A program made the translations under genes and the position numbers. Positions 62,197-64,000 of a stretch of 64,000 nt of DNA are shown here, piece after piece. Numbering within the stretch: position 1 is the first letter of the stretch; the number at the start of each line of letters is the position of its first letter. Source of the DNA: Thermodesulfobacteriota bacterium. GTDB taxonomy: Bacteria > Desulfobacterota > Binatia > Bin18. The stretch lies in NCBI GenBank assembly GCA_964291405.2, contig OZ219926.1, positions 992,001-1,056,000 of the forward strand. Direction: 5' to 3'. The notes under the pieces were generated by a model that was not told where the DNA came from, made no database searches, and saw only the letters and a list, made by a program, of their open reading frames with translations.

Positions 62197-62361
62197 GCGA
62201 CACCTACCTGGGGGGAATGTATAGTGAAACGCACGGCAATGCAACGTAATCGCACCGAGATCCGAGCGCTCGAAAGCGCCCCTCTGCCGAATCGCTTCGA
62301 CGCTTTTTCGGCTTCGGGTTCGTTGCCGTCACGTTCGCTGTCGGTATATGCTGCCAACCCC

Positions 62362-62559
62362 ATGCCGCTTTTGTCTCACATCATCGGCCTGGTGCTGTGC
62401 ATCGTGTGGGTCTTCAGCCTGTGGTTGCTCCTGGCCGGCCGTCGCTGGTTTCCCTCGCGCAAGCCGCTCCGGCCGCTGGCGCTCCTGGGCGGCATGCTGC
62501 TCTTTTTCGTTTTAAGCCTGACCGGAATGGTTTACCTGCAACTCCTGTTCCCAAGTTGA
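62362..62559 (+). CDS. Hypothetical 65-aa two-TM membrane protein
   Basis: Two hydrophobic stretches separated by a basic loop. Confidence 0.55.
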   Translation: MPLLSHIIGLVLCIVWVFSLWLLLAGRRWFPSRKPLRPLALLGGMLLFFVLSLTGMVYLQLLFPS

Positions 62560-62692
62560 TGCTGCGGGTCGCGGCAATAAAACTCGGCGCAAGGATAAGG
62601 GCCTATTGAAGGAGAGGCTTCCGTAGGGGGAGCAGTTCCCCCACTTCGTACGCTGATCCATCATGTGTGAGGTCAAGACAGCATATGTAGGC

Positions 62693-62721
62693 TTGCCAGA
62701 CTGTAGCCATCAGGCTACATT
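62693..62721 (+). promoter_or_regulatory. Promoter and operator of the TA operon
   Basis: TTGCCA-17-TACATT, 6 nt before the ATG; TGTAGCC-N4-GGCTACA at 62702-62719. Confidence 0.7.
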
Positions 62722-62727
62722 TCTCTT

Positions 62728-63075
62728 ATGGTTCGGGTCGTCCACTACGTTTCCGAAGACGGCACCGATTACTTTGATACGTGGTTTCGGACCCAATCGC
62801 CACAGGTCCGCGCCCGTATCCAAACCCGTATCGACCGTATGGAGTTGGGGAACTTTGGAGATCACAAAAGCGTCGGCGGAGGGGTCTCTGAACTACGAAT
62901 CGCCTTCGGTCCGGGCTACCGGCTGTATTATGGCCGTGAGGGGAATACGCTGGTGGTTCTGTTGGGCGGGGGGACGAAGGCACGCCAAGCTCGCGCTATT
63001 GCCACCGTGCGATCCTGCTGGCAGGCGTACAAACAGGAGAGACGATATGCCCGTCAAAGCTCATCAGGCGAGTGA
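62728..63075 (+). CDS. RelE/HigB-like addiction module killer protein
   Basis: RI.R...GNFGD.K.VG.GV.ELRI.FGPGYR.Y, LLGGG.K. Confidence 0.9.
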   Translation: MVRVVHYVSEDGTDYFDTWFRTQSPQVRARIQTRIDRMELGNFGDHKSVGGGVSELRIAFGPGYRLYYGREGNTLVVLLGGGTKARQARAIATVRSCWQAYKQERRYARQSSSGE

Positions 63076-63331
63076 TTATCTCAAGACACCGGAAGACGTC
63101 GCGGCGTATCTGAACGCGGCGATTGAGGAGATGGGGGAGGACCCGCGCTTGCTCATGAAAGCTCTGCGCAACGTCGCCGCGGCGCAAGGCGGCGTGTCCG
63201 CGCTGGCGCGGCAGGCCAAGCTGGACCGGGTGGCGTTGTCTCGCGCCCTGTCCGGTCGACGTCATCCGCGACTGGACACGCTCGCCAAAGTAGCCGCCGC
63301 GTGCGGTGTCAAGCTTCAGTTCTCGGCGTAG
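63047..63331 (+). CDS. Addiction module antidote protein (HTH)
   Basis: DYL.TPE..AAYLNAA, GG.SALA, P.LDTL.KV. Confidence 0.9.
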   Translation: MPVKAHQASDYLKTPEDVAAYLNAAIEEMGEDPRLLMKALRNVAAAQGGVSALARQAKLDRVALSRALSGRRHPRLDTLAKVAAACGVKLQFSA

Positions 63332-63474
63332 TATGGGTACTGGCCTAAGTGAGGATGCAGTGCCTATGTCTCACTCGATATCGAGCGCATCATGGATCTT
63401 TGCGCACCGCAACGAATACCTACTCTCCGAGTAAGCACCACCGTAATCACCTCATCAACACGAAGGAGAATATC

Positions 63475-63966
63475 GTGAAGCTATTCATCGCAATTCTTAT
63501 CATTGTCGTGACCGGGACATGGGGACAAGCGCAAGAAGGGAAAGCCACGAACACTCACCCCCTCTCCTTCGGGTTTGACCAAACCATCATTGACTTGAAT
63601 AAACTGGAGTGGGCTTCTCTGGAACATGAAGGCGTGCCACCTGGGGCAGAGATTGCCGTCCTGCGGGGGAGATTCGAAGGGGGACCGTTGGAAGTTGTGG
63701 TCCGGCTGCCCGCGAATTATACCTTTCCCAACCACAGTCACACCAGTGCGGAGGTATATCTCTGGATAACTGGAGACTTTACCTATGTCGCTGCCGATGG
63801 AACGTCAGTTGACCTCAGCGGCCAGAGCTTCATCAGTCTGCCTGGCAGCACTCCTCATGCGTTAATATGTCAGGAGGCTCCCTGCATGTTTTATGTGCGG
63901 TACGCCCGATCCTTTAACATGCAGATTCACCCGATGCCGGAATTAAAGCCTTTAGCCCTGGAGTAA
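63475..63966 (+). CDS. Secreted cupin-fold protein
   Basis: AAGGAG RBS, signal peptide, P.HSH...E...I.G...LPG..PH cupin motif. Confidence 0.75.
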   Translation: MKLFIAILIIVVTGTWGQAQEGKATNTHPLSFGFDQTIIDLNKLEWASLEHEGVPPGAEIAVLRGRFEGGPLEVVVRLPANYTFPNHSHTSAEVYLWITGDFTYVAADGTSVDLSGQSFISLPGSTPHALICQEAPCMFYVRYARSFNMQIHPMPELKPLALE

Positions 63967-64000
63967 AGAACAATCTTTGCTCACCTGCCGGGCGGTATCG

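Overview
A GC-rich bacterial chromosome segment. Gene content and order suggest a deltaproteobacterial-type lineage, possibly Binatia/Desulfobacterota_B (inference only). The backbone is housekeeping: gmhA, an orphan 5S rRNA, three tRNAs, yacG, lpxA, purB-S-Q-L-F, pgsA, polA, the rimP-nusA-infB-rbfA-truB-rpsO-pnp-dut cluster, greA, comF-purN-rnhC, mazG, murJ, rpsT, and yceD-rpmF-plsX-fabD-fabG-acpP-glyA-nrdR-ribD-ribBA-ribH-nusB-leuS-lptE. Small accessory inserts interrupt it: seven type II toxin-antitoxin loci (one with a deleted toxin), a 1765-aa S8 peptidase, an NYN-domain RNase, a secreted protein, a dCTP-deaminase islet and a cupin. No integrase, intact transposase or CRISPR array was found. 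The most notable pattern is that three inserts (after gmhA, purF and lptE) are followed by a decayed second copy of the upstream gene's 3' part, and many of the differences from the working gene are synonymous. This suggests cargo entered by replacing gene ends with a diverged allele, without an integrase. A fourth insert is flanked by a duplicated promoter. The window also holds a nested system of short repeats: TA/CTAG-targeting MITE-like shells carrying REP-like doublets, and a ~54-bp palindrome that supplies stop codons or in-frame codons to core genes. All alignments were done by eye and no database searches were run.
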